Below, one piece after another: positions 1 through 10,035 of a DNA stretch of 64,000 nucleotides. Positions within the stretch are counted from its first letter, which is position 1. Each line of letters begins with the position of its first letter. A model generated the notes under the pieces. The model was not told the origin of the DNA and made no database searches. It worked only from the letters and a program-made list of their open reading frames with translations. The stretch lies in IMG/VR virus record IMGVR_UViG_3300030012_003189, positions 1 to 64,000 of that record, one strand, 5' to 3'. The position numbers and the translations under genes were made by a program. The stretch is from a virus.

Positions 1-3000
1 ACTATCCAATGAAGTTAGATAAGAACCAGTTTCCGATGCTAATTGATTTATTCTTACATCAGTAGATGCTGTATATGAATTTAAAGATGTTGTTGAATCA
101 GAAGATGATATAAATCCTAATGCGGTAATCTGTGCAGAACCACTAAGAACACCTGTTGGTAAAGCATTTGTAGTATCAATAGATATTACCCAATACCCAT
201 CATAATATACATAAAGATTACCATCATTTGATTTCCACCATAAATCACCCTCTGATGGTGAACCTGGTGCTGAATCTGAAACAGTTACACTTGCACCACC
301 ACCTGCTGAAGAACTAATAAAGAATCCATCACTACCAGAGTTGATTGTTATATTTGTACCTGGTAATAAAGAACCACTTAAAAATCCTAAACCAGTTAAT
401 TGTGAACTTCCACTTACTATTCCACCAGGTAATTGTTCTGATGAACTTATAATACCACTATCTAATGAAGTTAGATATGAAGAAGTTGCTGCACTTAATG
501 CATCTACCTCTGTTTGTATAGAAGAACTAAATGTGTTTAGTGATGTTGTTGAATCAGATGAAGAAATAAATCCTAATCCAGTTATCTGTGCGGAAGATGA
601 TATCGTACCACTTGGTAATTGTGATTCTATTGAACCACTAAGTACACCATCACTCAGATTTACTAATGGATGCCAAGCGCCAGCGTGTGCAAAATATCCT
701 CTACCCGTTGAATGAACATGAGCGAACATACCATGATAAGTTGATGCGTTTGGTAAATCTCCTTCGTTAGAATAAACATTACCAAATAAAACTTTATTAC
801 CACCCATGTCTAAATCAGCGCCAGTTATATGAGCTACTGATTGAGCAGAACTACTAACTAATCCACCCGGTAGTTGTTCTGAACCACTAACAATTCCACT
901 TGGAATTGATGTGATATCTGTAAAGTCAACTGAACCCGAAGATGTTAAGTATGAACTTGTAGCTGCTGATAATCCATCTACTTCTGTTTGAATGGATGAT
1001 GTGAATGTATTTAGAGATGTGTTTTCACCTCCACTTTCTGATACAAATCCTAATGCGGTTATTTGTGCAGATGAACTAATTAGTACAGAACCTGTAAATG
1101 ATTCTAAATTACTTAATTGTACATTTGCTGAAGATGTAAATGCGTTTAATGATGTATTCTCTCCTCCACTTTCAGAAACGAATCCTAAAGCAGTAATCTG
1201 TTCAGATGAACTTACTATATTACTATCTAAAGAAGTTAGGTAAGAAGATGTTGCTGCACTTAATCCATCTACTTCAGTTTGTATAGAAGAAGTAAATGTA
1301 TTTAGTGATGTTGTTGAGTCTGAAGAAGAAATAAATCCTAATCCAGTTATTTGTTCTGAACCTGATATTGTTCCTGATGGAGCTTTTACATTACCAGCGG
1401 TAACATCCCCACCTGTAAATGTACCTTCTACTACATTTTGAACTACATTACCAGCGTTATTTATTAATTCAATCGATGATGTTGTAATTCTAATATTACC
1501 AATTTTTATTTGTTCTGAATCTGCTTTTATTTCAGAAAGTACTGCACCATCTTTTACAAATTTGATTGATTCTGATGTGATAAATAAATCTCTAAAGGGT
1601 TTATCTAATGAACCTAAATCATAGGTACTTGGTGTTGCAGGTAATATTGAACCACTAAATGTTTGTGTTCCATTAAATGTATTTGAAGATGTTACTGCAA
1701 ATCCTAAATCAGTAACTTGTTGTGCCCCACTTACTATACCACTACCTCTTAATTCAAATGAACTTGATAATTGGTCTGAACCACTAACAGTTCCAGCAGG
1801 CGCTTGTGTTAAATAAGAACCACTCTCTCCTTCTAATGAACCTATTCTCTGTGCAAATGATTCAGTTACTGTTTGTACCTGGTCTAATCTATCATCAAAT
1901 GATGCTGATTCTACTTGTCCTATACTTCCAGAGCTAAATCCTAAAGCAGTAATTTGTGCAGAACCTGATATTGTTCCAGCAGGTCCAATTGTACTCAATT
2001 GTCCGTTGTTAGCTGTTATATTTGTACCAGCTATAGCATTAACTAAATCAACTACCGATTCTCTTCTACTTCCATCGGAATTTGAAGCATCTATAAAACC
2101 AATGCTATCATTAGCTACATCTATTACCGAAGGTGATAAACTTCCTAAATCAGTACTACCACCACCGCCACCACCAGCATTAGTTCCATTAATTAAGAAC
2201 ATAGATACAGTTGAACGACCACCTTCTGAATCTGAATTGTGAAGTGCAATCGGTTCTTCCGAAGATGCATCTATCTTACCAACTATTCTAACATAAGAAC
2301 CACTTTCAAAGAATGTAGTAGATACACCACCACCATATGCGTAATCTGGTTCTTGAGATGGTGAACCTATACCAAAGGTTGAACCACTAACATCTGTCCA
2401 ATCAGTATTGTTTAAACTTCTTTGCCATTTAAATAATGCAACTCTATCATTATCATTTGCTTTAAATAATGTAAAGTTAGAATTCAATAAGTAAGTACCA
2501 CTTGTAGTAATTCGTACAAAAGAACCATCTGATATAGTCCAATTTGAACTACCTGTTTGGAAAAGTGGTGTTGATATAAATTCTAAGTTTTGATATGAAT
2601 CGGTAAGTGCTTTTCTTTTGAAAGAACCACTACCACTCATTTCTAACTCTATATCAGAAACTTCACCAGTTATTAAACTACCACTTCTAAATCCTAAATC
2701 TTGTAATTGTTCTGAACCACTAATTATATCTGTTCCACCTAAAACTTGAATCGAACCTGATACTAATCCACCTGGTAGTTGTTCTGATGAGCTTACTATA
2801 TTATCAGGTAAGTTAGCTAACTCTTCATAGTTAACTTGGATTGATGCACTTAATAATGTTTTTGCTGCACTAGCTCTGGCTTCATATCGTTCATCGTATG
2901 ATGATGTAAGTTGTGAAGAACCACTAACTATACTTCTACCTATTGTTTCATAAGAGGAGGTAGCTCCCTCAATATTGTCTAATCGTGCATCTATTGATGC

Positions 3001-4833
3001 CGTTTCTGTTTCAATAGTACCGAATCTACTTTGGAATGAAGAAGTTGTAGATTCAATAGTTTCAAATCTATTTTGGAATGAAGAAGTTGTTGATTCTATA
3101 CTTCCAAATTTATTTTCAAAAGAAGAAGTTGTTACTTCTAAATTATTTAATCTTATTGTAGTTGAAGCGGTATATGCATTTATACCTTCAATTGATTCTG
3201 TAAATTCATTTAATGATGTATTTTCATTTGATGAACTAAATGATTCTAAATTACTTAATTGTATTGTAGCTGAAGATGTAAAGTTATTTAAGTGACTTAC
3301 AGATGCTTCAGAAGATGAAGATACGAATCCTAATGCAGTTATTTGTGCAGATGAACTGATGAATACACTTCCAGTAAATGAGTTAATAGAAGCAGTTGCA
3401 TTTGCTAAATCATTAACTCTAGTTTCTAATGAAGATGAAGTAAATTCAATTCTTTCTAACCTTTGGTCGGTTGATGATGTATATGTGTTAAATCCATCTA
3501 ATCTCGTATCAGTAGATGATGTGTAAGAATTTAGAGATGTAATTATTGTTTTTTCTTCGTATGAACTGGTATTAGATTCAATTTGTTCAACTCTTTGTTC
3601 TAATGATGAAGTTGATGATTCTATATTATCTAATCTATCATCGGTAGATGCTGTATATGAATTAAGAGATGTATTCTCACCTCCACTACTACTTACAAAT
3701 CCCAATTCTGTTATTTGTGCTGAACCTGATATTGTTCCAGCTGGTATTGTATCTCCACTACTACTTACAAATCCTAAAGAAGTAATCTGTGCTGAACTAC
3801 TAACTATATCACTTCCACCTAATATTTGAATTGAACCACTAACAATACCACTCCCAATTGATTCATATGATGATGTAGCTTCTTCTAAAGAATCTAATCT
3901 ATTATCTTGGGCAACAGTACCAGTTTGTAATATAGTAACTCTATTATCTAATGAAGCAGTTGTTGATTCTATATCCAACAATCTTGTATCATTAGATGCG
4001 GTATATGTATTGACAGAACCTAATACATCAACTATCTGTTCTGAACCTGATACTACATTAGCAGGTAATTGTTCTGATGATGATATTAAACCAACTGGTA
4101 ATTGTTCTGATGAACTTAAAATACCCGTGCCAGCCAATACTTGTACTGAACCACTTACTAAACCAGCAGGTAAATTTGCTAAACTATCGAAATCTACTTG
4201 TTCTGAACCTGAGATTACATCATCTCCACCTGGTCTAAGTACTGAACCACTTACGATTCCTTCACCTAAATCAGTTGCGTATCTACTATCTAAATCTGAG
4301 TGTAATTGTGCAGATGATGATATTATTCCAGCAGGTAGTTGTTCTGAAGATGAAAGGATTCCAGTACTACCTAAGACTTGAATAGAACCACTAATTAGAC
4401 CCGCAGGTAAATTATCTAAACCTGTAAATGATACTTGAGATGAACCAGATACTACTCCTAACCCACCTACACTTAAAAAAGAACCACTTACTACACCATC
4501 ACCATCGGTGTTTAAATATCTTGTATCGAATGTAGATAATAATTGTGCTGCTCCAGATACTATTCCACCAGGCAATTGTTCAGATGAACTTATTAATCCA
4601 CCTGGTAATTGTTCCGAACCACTAAATACTCCTCTACCAGATAATTCAATGCCTGATAAGGTACTACCATCACCGAAAAACGATGAACCACTAATGTTTC
4701 CACTAGCACTAATAGAACCAGTAACATTTAGAGAACCTGTAAAGTTCGATGAACCACTTACTTGAAAATCTCCACTTACTGCGGATGCGGTTACAACACC
4801 ACTAATTTGTTTACTTGATATTAGATTGGCCAT
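1..4833 (-). CDS. Giant Ser/Thr/Gly-rich repetitive virion fibre protein (>=1611 aa, runs off the window; missing from ORF track)
   Basis: ATG at 4833-4831 overlaps the upstream stop (TAATG). Manual translation MANLISSKQISGVVTASAVSGDFQVSGSS... shows no stop down to position 1. Contains repeats (SSSEQLPGG, SGSAQITALGF, TSLNTFTSSIQTEVDGLSAATSSYLTS), coiled-coil segments and a C1q-like block. Follows the neck genes. Confidence 0.9.
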   Translation of the reverse strand, partial: MANLISSKQISGVVTASAVSGDFQVSGSSNFTGSLNVTGSISASGNISGSSFFGDGSTLSGIELSGRGVFSGSEQLPGGLISSSEQLPGGIVSGAAQLLSTFDTRYLNTDGDGVVSGSFLSVGGLGVVSGSSQVSFTGLDNLPAGLISGSIQVLGSTGILSSSEQLPAGIISSSAQLHSDLDSRYATDLGEGIVSGSVLRPGGDDVISGSEQVDFDSLANLPAGLVSGSVQVLAGTGILSSSEQLPVGLISSSEQLPANVVSGSEQIVDVLGSVNTYTASNDTRLLDIESTTASLDNRVTILQTGTVAQDNRLDSLEEATSSYESIGSGIVSGSIQILGGSDIVSSSAQITSLGFVSSSGDTIPAGTISGSAQITELGFVSSSGGENTSLNSYTASTDDRLDNIESSTSSLEQRVEQIESNTSSYEEKTIITSLNSYTSSTDTRLDGFNTYTSSTDQRLERIEFTSSSLETRVNDLANATASINSFTGSVFISSSAQITALGFVSSSSEASVSHLNNFTSSATIQLSNLESFSSSNENTSLNEFTESIEGINAYTASTTIRLNNLEVTTSSFENKFGSIESTTSSFQNRFETIESTTSSFQSRFGTIETETASIDARLDNIEGATSSYETIGRSIVSGSSQLTSSYDERYEARASAAKTLLSASIQVNYEELANLPDNIVSSSEQLPGGLVSGSIQVLGGTDIISGSEQLQDLGFRSGSLITGEVSDIELEMSGSGSFKRKALTDSYQNLEFISTPLFQTGSSNWTISDGSFVRITTSGTYLLNSNFTLFKANDNDRVALFKWQRSLNNTDWTDVSGSTFGIGSPSQEPDYAYGGGVSTTFFESGSYVRIVGKIDASSEEPIALHNSDSEGGRSTVSMFLINGTNAGGGGGGSTDLGSLSPSVIDVANDSIGFIDASNSDGSRRESVVDLVNAIAGTNITANNGQLSTIGPAGTISGSAQITALGFSSGSIGQVESASFDDRLDQVQTVTESFAQRIGSLEGESGSYLTQAPAGTVSGSDQLSSSFELRGSGIVSGAQQVTDLGFAVTSSNTFNGTQTFSGSILPATPSTYDLGSLDKPFRDLFITSESIKFVKDGAVLSEIKADSEQIKIGNIRITTSSIELINNAGNVVQNVVEGTFTGGDVTAGNVKAPSGTISGSEQITGLGFISSSDSTTSLNTFTSSIQTEVDGLSAATSSYLTSLDSNIVSSSEQITALGFVSESGGENTSLNAFTSSANVQLSNLESFTGSVLISSSAQITALGFVSESGGENTSLNTFTSSIQTEVDGLSAATSSYLTSSGSVDFTDITSIPSGIVSGSEQLPGGLVSSSAQSVAHITGADLDMGGNKVLFGNVYSNEGDLPNASTYHGMFAHVHSTGRGYFAHAGAWHPLVNLSDGVLSGSIESQLPSGTISSSAQITGLGFISSSDSTTSLNTFSSSIQTEVDALSAATSSYLTSLDSGIISSSEQLPGGIVSGSSQLTGLGFLSGSLLPGTNITINSGSDGFFISSSAGGGASVTVSDSAPGSPSEGDLWWKSNDGNLYVYYDGYWVISIDTTNALPTGVLSGSAQITALGFISSSDSTTSLNSYTASTDVRINQLASETGSYLTSLDS

Positions 4834-5198
4834 TATCTACTTACTATCTTTCCTTTTACTAAAAAATCTCCAGCAACTATATCACCCGGTGATGCTGCTA
4901 TCGCTTGATTGAATGTAACCACTATATTTGTACCATCATCTACAATCTCATAATATGATGATGGAGTTTTGACACTTTGTAAATAAATATCAACATAATC
5001 AGAAGAAGAATCAATTTTTAGTTCTTCATCTAAAAATTTTTTGTTTGAGAGGGTCAAAATAAAGTTTGAACCATCTAAACTTATAGAATTTGGAGTATGA
5101 TGAGAAACAAACATATCATCAAATACACTCTGTATAAAATTATTTGTTTGAGCTTTTCCATCAAATGGTGTGATTATATTTGGTTTCTTTCTACTCAT
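4833..5198 (-). CDS. Putative neck/collar-associated beta-sandwich protein
   Basis: 121 aa, translationally coupled to neighbours; VDIYLQ...IVVTFN...FLVKGKI resembles the adjacent ORF and the C-terminus of 5521-6660. Confidence 0.6.
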   Translation of the reverse strand: MSRKKPNIITPFDGKAQTNNFIQSVFDDMFVSHHTPNSISLDGSNFILTLSNKKFLDEELKIDSSSDYVDIYLQSVKTPSSYYEIVDDGTNIVVTFNQAIAASPGDIVAGDFLVKGKIVSR

Positions 5199-5524
5199 AA
5201 TCTTTGTAAATCTCCCTCTACTGATATTTTATCCGAACCAACCAATGCATAACTAAAGTTTTCTTTTTTAAATTTGATGAAGAAATCCCTTCCTACTTGT
5301 TCAAAAATATAATCCGCATCTAATATAAATTGTCCATTTATAAATACATCGAATCTTGAATGGTCTGGTCTAAGATTATCAAATCTATTATTCATATCTT
5401 TTATTTTACAATTTGATATTTTCCAAATGTAGTGATTTACATCAGCTAAATTTACCTCTTCCATTATGAATTCATTTGGTTCATTTAGTTGTTGTAAAAC
5501 ATCTCTTATTTCTTTTACACTCAT
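5195..5524 (-). CDS. Putative neck/collar-associated beta-sandwich protein
   Basis: 109 aa; FDVFINGQFI...IKFKKENFSYAL...ISVEGDL, paralogous to neighbours. Confidence 0.6.
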   Translation of the reverse strand: MSVKEIRDVLQQLNEPNEFIMEEVNLADVNHYIWKISNCKIKDMNNRFDNLRPDHSRFDVFINGQFILDADYIFEQVGRDFFIKFKKENFSYALVGSDKISVEGDLQRL

Positions 5525-6660
5525 AATTCTCTAAATTTTCCAACAAATGCAAATTCATCGGTTGATTCTAGTTCGTAACCTAATTCTGTTGAAGATGCTG
5601 ATGAACCAGTGGTAAAATTAAACTCTACCGAATCATCAGAACTACTTACAAAGTAAGAATATTTTGTTGATGGAATAAATAATCCATTTATGTAAACTTT
5701 GAACCAATTATCAACATCAAAGTTTCCTTCTAATGATGGTGGTAGTTTTGGAACTTCTACATCATTAATTTTAACAGTGTCCGCATCTACAAAACTACCC
5801 GATACTGAACCTCTTGTTGCTAAGAAATCTAAAACATCAGCGTATTGATTTAATGCTTTTTGTTTAATAGGATTTACCCCTCCACCTCCACCTGTTAAGT
5901 CTGCTTCATATCCAAAAACAACTTTTTTTGGTGTGTATTCTTTGATAGTAGTAGGTTTATTATTGAATTCAGATGGAAGTAAATAAGCGTTTACTGCCAT
6001 TGTAAATGAAGTTCTAACTATTCTTTCACTTCCTTGTCCTACTTCTGTTTGATTATCAAATGAGTCGATTCTTACCCTAAATTTGTATTTATCTTTATCA
6101 CCCCAATATTCATCTGTAGCGTATTGGAATGCTTCTACGATTTTATTCATATGTTCTGTAAAGTTTGTCCAAATCATCACTTCATATGAAACAGTTACAT
6201 AATCAGGCATCGTAATGTTATATGCTTCAACATTAGGATTTACCTCATTCATCAAACTAAATTTATCGTACTTTTGTTTTTTATTGTATTTTGTTAATGT
6301 AGAATAAGATACATTTCTATTCATAGTATTAGCTAAACTATCATCTCTTGCTATACTATTTCTTTTATACATAATAAGAGGGATTTGGATTCTACCTCTT
6401 TGGTCTCTTATGTATCCATCTTTAGTAGCTGCTTTCCATCTTTCTGGATTTCCATATATCAATGGTACTTTTACTTTAGTTCCATTCTCTTCTACATCAG
6501 GAATGACTACATCAGTCATATATTCCATCATAGCAAAATCTATATCAAATAGCGTAATACCAACTTTTGATTTTTGGTCAATAGCGATTTGTTGCGCTCT
6601 ATTTTTAGTTTTACTAATTGGGTCTGTTGCTTTTTTATTATATCCTGATATATCTGCCAT
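5521..6660 (-). CDS. Tail completion / sheath terminator protein (T4 gp15-like) with extra C-terminal domain
   Basis: KVPLIYGNPERW, IQIPLIMYKR, PDYVTVSYEVMIWT motifs; follows gp13- and gp14-like genes. Confidence 0.65.
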   Translation of the reverse strand: MADISGYNKKATDPISKTKNRAQQIAIDQKSKVGITLFDIDFAMMEYMTDVVIPDVEENGTKVKVPLIYGNPERWKAATKDGYIRDQRGRIQIPLIMYKRNSIARDDSLANTMNRNVSYSTLTKYNKKQKYDKFSLMNEVNPNVEAYNITMPDYVTVSYEVMIWTNFTEHMNKIVEAFQYATDEYWGDKDKYKFRVRIDSFDNQTEVGQGSERIVRTSFTMAVNAYLLPSEFNNKPTTIKEYTPKKVVFGYEADLTGGGGGVNPIKQKALNQYADVLDFLATRGSVSGSFVDADTVKINDVEVPKLPPSLEGNFDVDNWFKVYINGLFIPSTKYSYFVSSSDDSVEFNFTTGSSASSTELGYELESTDEFAFVGKFREL

Positions 6661-7115
6661 TATACTATTCTCTCCTCTATATTAAGTTGAGACCTTCTAA
6701 CCATAAATGTAGAACATATGATTGAGAACTTCTCTTCAGGTCTACCATATACTAATTGGTTTTGACCAACTTTATCAATTTCAAAATATGCATTATTATG
6801 AAAAATAATATCTCCAATTTCAGGAAATAAATTTTTCTCTTCTAAAGTTGCCCTATTAAATCTAAATTCAGCATTTTGTGCTCTATCAGGTCCGAATCCT
6901 TCATATTCTATAGTACTTTCATCCCTCTCAATTAAACAAGCACATTGTACGGCAGGTAAGTATGATTTACCCAAAGATTCCCCATATAGATTAGTTCTTG
7001 TTTCAGATAAAGATAATTTAAATATCTCAACTGTAGTCTGAACTACTACATCCACTAATTCTTTAGAAATCTTTTCAAAGAATGCTAAATCTTTTTGTTG
7101 TACAAATCTTGCCAT
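6660..7115 (-). CDS. Neck / head-closure protein (T4 gp14-like)
   Basis: NLYGES, FPEIGDIIFHNNAYFEI motifs; synteny. Confidence 0.65.
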   Translation of the reverse strand: MARFVQQKDLAFFEKISKELVDVVVQTTVEIFKLSLSETRTNLYGESLGKSYLPAVQCACLIERDESTIEYEGFGPDRAQNAEFRFNRATLEEKNLFPEIGDIIFHNNAYFEIDKVGQNQLVYGRPEEKFSIICSTFMVRRSQLNIEERIV

Positions 7116-7119
7116 TTGC

Positions 7120-8265
7120 TTATCCTATATAAATGTTCAAAGGTACTTTAGATATAACTCTCTGTTGTGCATCTGATTGGTCTGCTTCACTCTGATACCT
7201 TTCTTTATCTGATAAATCATTAAGTACATCTCTTAATTGTTCTATCAAAGCATCTTTCTCAGTTTGAGCTTCTGACCTAAGAGCCGCTCCATCTAATGAT
7301 ACCTCAGAACCAGGAATAGGTACAGATGAGAATTTTTCTCTAATTGCTCCTAATAATTCTTTAGCTAATGCTAATGTATATTTTCTAATCCATTGTTTAC
7401 CAACATCATTTATCCTACTATAGTTATGGAAATCATATCCTGTATTTGAATAATCTGCTACTACTCCATCTGTTACAGATGTTGCTGATTGGTCGAATTC
7501 TGATTTTACAATATATTCAAAATACAGTGTTGATTTTTTCACTGGTTTTGGGAATATTTGTAGTTTATTGTTTACTAAATTAAATGTAAATGCTGATTTT
7601 CTAATTTGGTCATTAAATTCAATAGCTCCAATTCTAAGTAAATCTTCATATATTGGCATCAATACAAATTGTGCCGCTGGTGAGAATGAACCAAATCCAA
7701 ACTCATCAATTAAGTTTAGAGTTCCTTGTCCACTTACTGAATATGGGTCAAAGAATTTATTTATTGCTGGTGTTGCCTCATAAAATACTTTTGTTACATT
7801 GATTCTATTTCCACTCTCACTTACATCTGCCCATAAAGATTGTAAGTCATATTCTTGTGAACCACTATTAAGTTCTATATTACCTTTTTTTACATCAACT
7901 TTTCCACCAACATTAGCGTATGTTCCATATGAATCTGATATTTCAATAAGGTTAGGTAGTGGGTTACCAGCTATTTTTTTCTGAGTATAATCTGAACCCG
8001 TAGGTTGACCTTGCAAAGATGTAAGGTTGTTTTTTATATTAAATTGATTTACTTGTGCCGAATATTCTGATACTGCTTCTTCGAAACATGCATAGAAGTT
8101 TAAATCTACTAATTCAACATCAACGATTGGGTATCCCAATCTTTTAGCACACCAAGATGCTACTTTAGGCCCATCTGTTTGATATTCTGTATCTGTATCA
8201 TAAATACCAAATGGCGTTGAACCCGAAATTACATTATCTGCTGAACCACTCCAGAAGTTTGACAT
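7120..8265 (-). CDS. Neck / head-tail adaptor protein (T4 gp13-like)
   Basis: RLGYPIVDVEL, WIRKYTLALAKELLGAIREKF, IPGSEVSLDG motifs; downstream of MCP. Confidence 0.75.
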   Translation of the reverse strand: MSNFWSGSADNVISGSTPFGIYDTDTEYQTDGPKVASWCAKRLGYPIVDVELVDLNFYACFEEAVSEYSAQVNQFNIKNNLTSLQGQPTGSDYTQKKIAGNPLPNLIEISDSYGTYANVGGKVDVKKGNIELNSGSQEYDLQSLWADVSESGNRINVTKVFYEATPAINKFFDPYSVSGQGTLNLIDEFGFGSFSPAAQFVLMPIYEDLLRIGAIEFNDQIRKSAFTFNLVNNKLQIFPKPVKKSTLYFEYIVKSEFDQSATSVTDGVVADYSNTGYDFHNYSRINDVGKQWIRKYTLALAKELLGAIREKFSSVPIPGSEVSLDGAALRSEAQTEKDALIEQLRDVLNDLSDKERYQSEADQSDAQQRVISKVPLNIYIG

Positions 8266-8293
8266 ATTTCTCTCCTTTGTATTATTTCTCTTA

Positions 8294-8301
8294 TATAAAT
8301 A
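8294..8301 (-). promoter_or_regulatory. Conserved TATTTATA promoter-like motif upstream of neck operon
   Basis: Plus-strand TATAAATA in the intergenic gap; recurs in most gaps of the window. Confidence 0.6.
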
Positions 8302-8332
8302 TAGAATAAAAAGATATCACTAAAAAAGACAC

Positions 8333-8359
8333 AAAAAAAGGGGAAATTTCTTTCCCCTT
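8333..8359 (-). terminator. Rho-independent terminator after major capsid gene
   Basis: Minus strand AAGGGGAAA-GAAA-TTTCCCCTT followed by a T tract. Confidence 0.85.
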
Positions 8360-8385
8360 AATTTATCTTACTAAGTTATCTCAGA

Positions 8386-10008
8386 TTAGATTTGGTCCAT
8401 ATCTGCGATATCGATAGTACCATAGAATTCTGGTCTTACCATTTTCTTAGCGTATCTAGTCATTACACCTCTTCGAGGAGTAAAGTTAGATGGGTCATAT
8501 ACCAACGGAGTCATGATTAGTGGTACATATGGTGCGTAAACCGCTCCACTTTCAAGGAAGTTATTTCCTTTGTATCCTAACAAGATTTGGTTAGTAGTCA
8601 TGTAAGGATTTTTGTACACAGTATATCTGTTAGATAATGCTCCGATAGCAGTTACACCTGCTGCGAACTCCATAGCATCTTTTCCAGCGTTTACAGTAAA
8701 CTGAGGAATTGATTCTAAGATAGTACATACATCAGGAGATGCTACGATAAAGTTAGCTCCACCTCTAAGAGTTAATTGGTGAATCTTATTAGATACTTTA
8801 TTGATTTTAGTACCTAATGTAGAGAACCAAGTGTTCTTAGTATAAGCTTGACCTGTAAATGAAGAAGTAGTAAATACTGAACCATTCCACTCTTCACCAA
8901 CTTTTGCTGACCATTTATCGTTAGTCAATGCACCAGCTCTAATCATATCTAAGATTTCTAAGTCAATCTCTAATGAGATATACTCAGATAACATAGATGT
9001 TAATTCAGCTTCAGCATCGATTGAATGGTAAGCGTTAAGGTCTTGCGCCAATTCAGGTGTCCATACTGCTTTCAACTTTCTAGTCTTAGCAACGATAGCC
9101 TCTGATTTCAACTCTAGGTCGATTTCAGGAATATCAAGTACAGTACCAGAACCTGCGTTTCCACCAGCATTGTTTACTGGGTCTCTATCTTCAAAGTCAC
9201 CTCTGTTAGTAGAAACAGGAACATTTGCGAACTTAACTCTAGCACCATCAACTAATGGTGAACCAGCAGATGCTGATACGAAGAATATGTAGTCAGTACC
9301 ACTTACTCTGTTATGCTCACCTACAGTTTCAACAAGAGCAACAGATGCAGAATCAATTGTAAATGCTTTGATTGCATCATCATCAGCTGTTGATGAAATG
9401 TTAGATTTAGCTATAGTTAATTTATGAATTTCTCCAGCTGCGATTGATGCGCTGATAGAACTATCATAATTTACATCTGAAAAAGATGCACTTGCAGCTG
9501 CTACATTAGCGGCTACTACATCTGCAGATTGGTCGTTAAGGGTATATCCATAACGTCCACTTCCATATAGACCATTTTTAGCAACATTAGTTGAACCTAA
9601 GTCCGAACCATCACCACCAAATAATGAAGAACCACTATAAGTAGTTGCTCCAAATTGTTGGTTGTTGTATTTAAAGTCTAGATAGAAAATAAGTCCTGAT
9701 GGTAAGTTCATTGGTTGAACAGAAACGAAGTTTTTCGCTGCAATTTCACCAAAGATTCTTCTTACCAAAGGAAGAGCTACACCATTCCACTCCTCATTAC
9801 CTGAGCCGTTAGAAGTAGCATTAGCTTCATCAAGCAATTGTTTTGCTTGGTTTTCTAAAAGAACCGACATTTGATGTTGGTCTCTTTCTTGTAAACCTTC
9901 AAGAAGTCCAGTTTTCTCCCATTTGTTCTTTAATCCTCTTGTTTCCGCAAGCATTACAGACTGTGGGTTCTTTCCTTCCATAAGTTTATTTAAATCAAAA
10001 TTTGCCAT
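8386..10008 (-). CDS. gp23: Major capsid protein (T4 gp23-like)
   Basis: LPLVRR, VSVQPMNLPSGLIFYLDF, AKTRKLKAVWTPELAQDLNAYHSIDAEAEL, YAPYVPL, FTPRRGVMTRY are hallmark gp23 motifs; strong SD AAGGAG. Confidence 0.97.
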   Translation of the reverse strand: MANFDLNKLMEGKNPQSVMLAETRGLKNKWEKTGLLEGLQERDQHQMSVLLENQAKQLLDEANATSNGSGNEEWNGVALPLVRRIFGEIAAKNFVSVQPMNLPSGLIFYLDFKYNNQQFGATTYSGSSLFGGDGSDLGSTNVAKNGLYGSGRYGYTLNDQSADVVAANVAAASASFSDVNYDSSISASIAAGEIHKLTIAKSNISSTADDDAIKAFTIDSASVALVETVGEHNRVSGTDYIFFVSASAGSPLVDGARVKFANVPVSTNRGDFEDRDPVNNAGGNAGSGTVLDIPEIDLELKSEAIVAKTRKLKAVWTPELAQDLNAYHSIDAEAELTSMLSEYISLEIDLEILDMIRAGALTNDKWSAKVGEEWNGSVFTTSSFTGQAYTKNTWFSTLGTKINKVSNKIHQLTLRGGANFIVASPDVCTILESIPQFTVNAGKDAMEFAAGVTAIGALSNRYTVYKNPYMTTNQILLGYKGNNFLESGAVYAPYVPLIMTPLVYDPSNFTPRRGVMTRYAKKMVRPEFYGTIDIADMDQI

Positions 10009-10035
10009 TTTTTCTCTCCTTATAAAATTAAAAAA

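Noticed and set aside
60-4400. Repeats as a CRISPR array or as diversity-generating retroelement template/variable repeats
   Set aside because: Repeats are in-frame coding units that differ mainly at synonymous sites rather than specifically at adenines; no constant repeat-spacer pattern, and no cas or reverse transcriptase gene in the window.
341-4765. Plus-strand ORFs 341-715, 992-1243, 2006-2242, 2975-3295, 4010-4381, 4508-4765
   Set aside because: Antisense shadows of the giant minus-strand fibre; their repeated EPL/DEL/CSE motifs are the reverse complement of SGS/SSS/SEQ codons.
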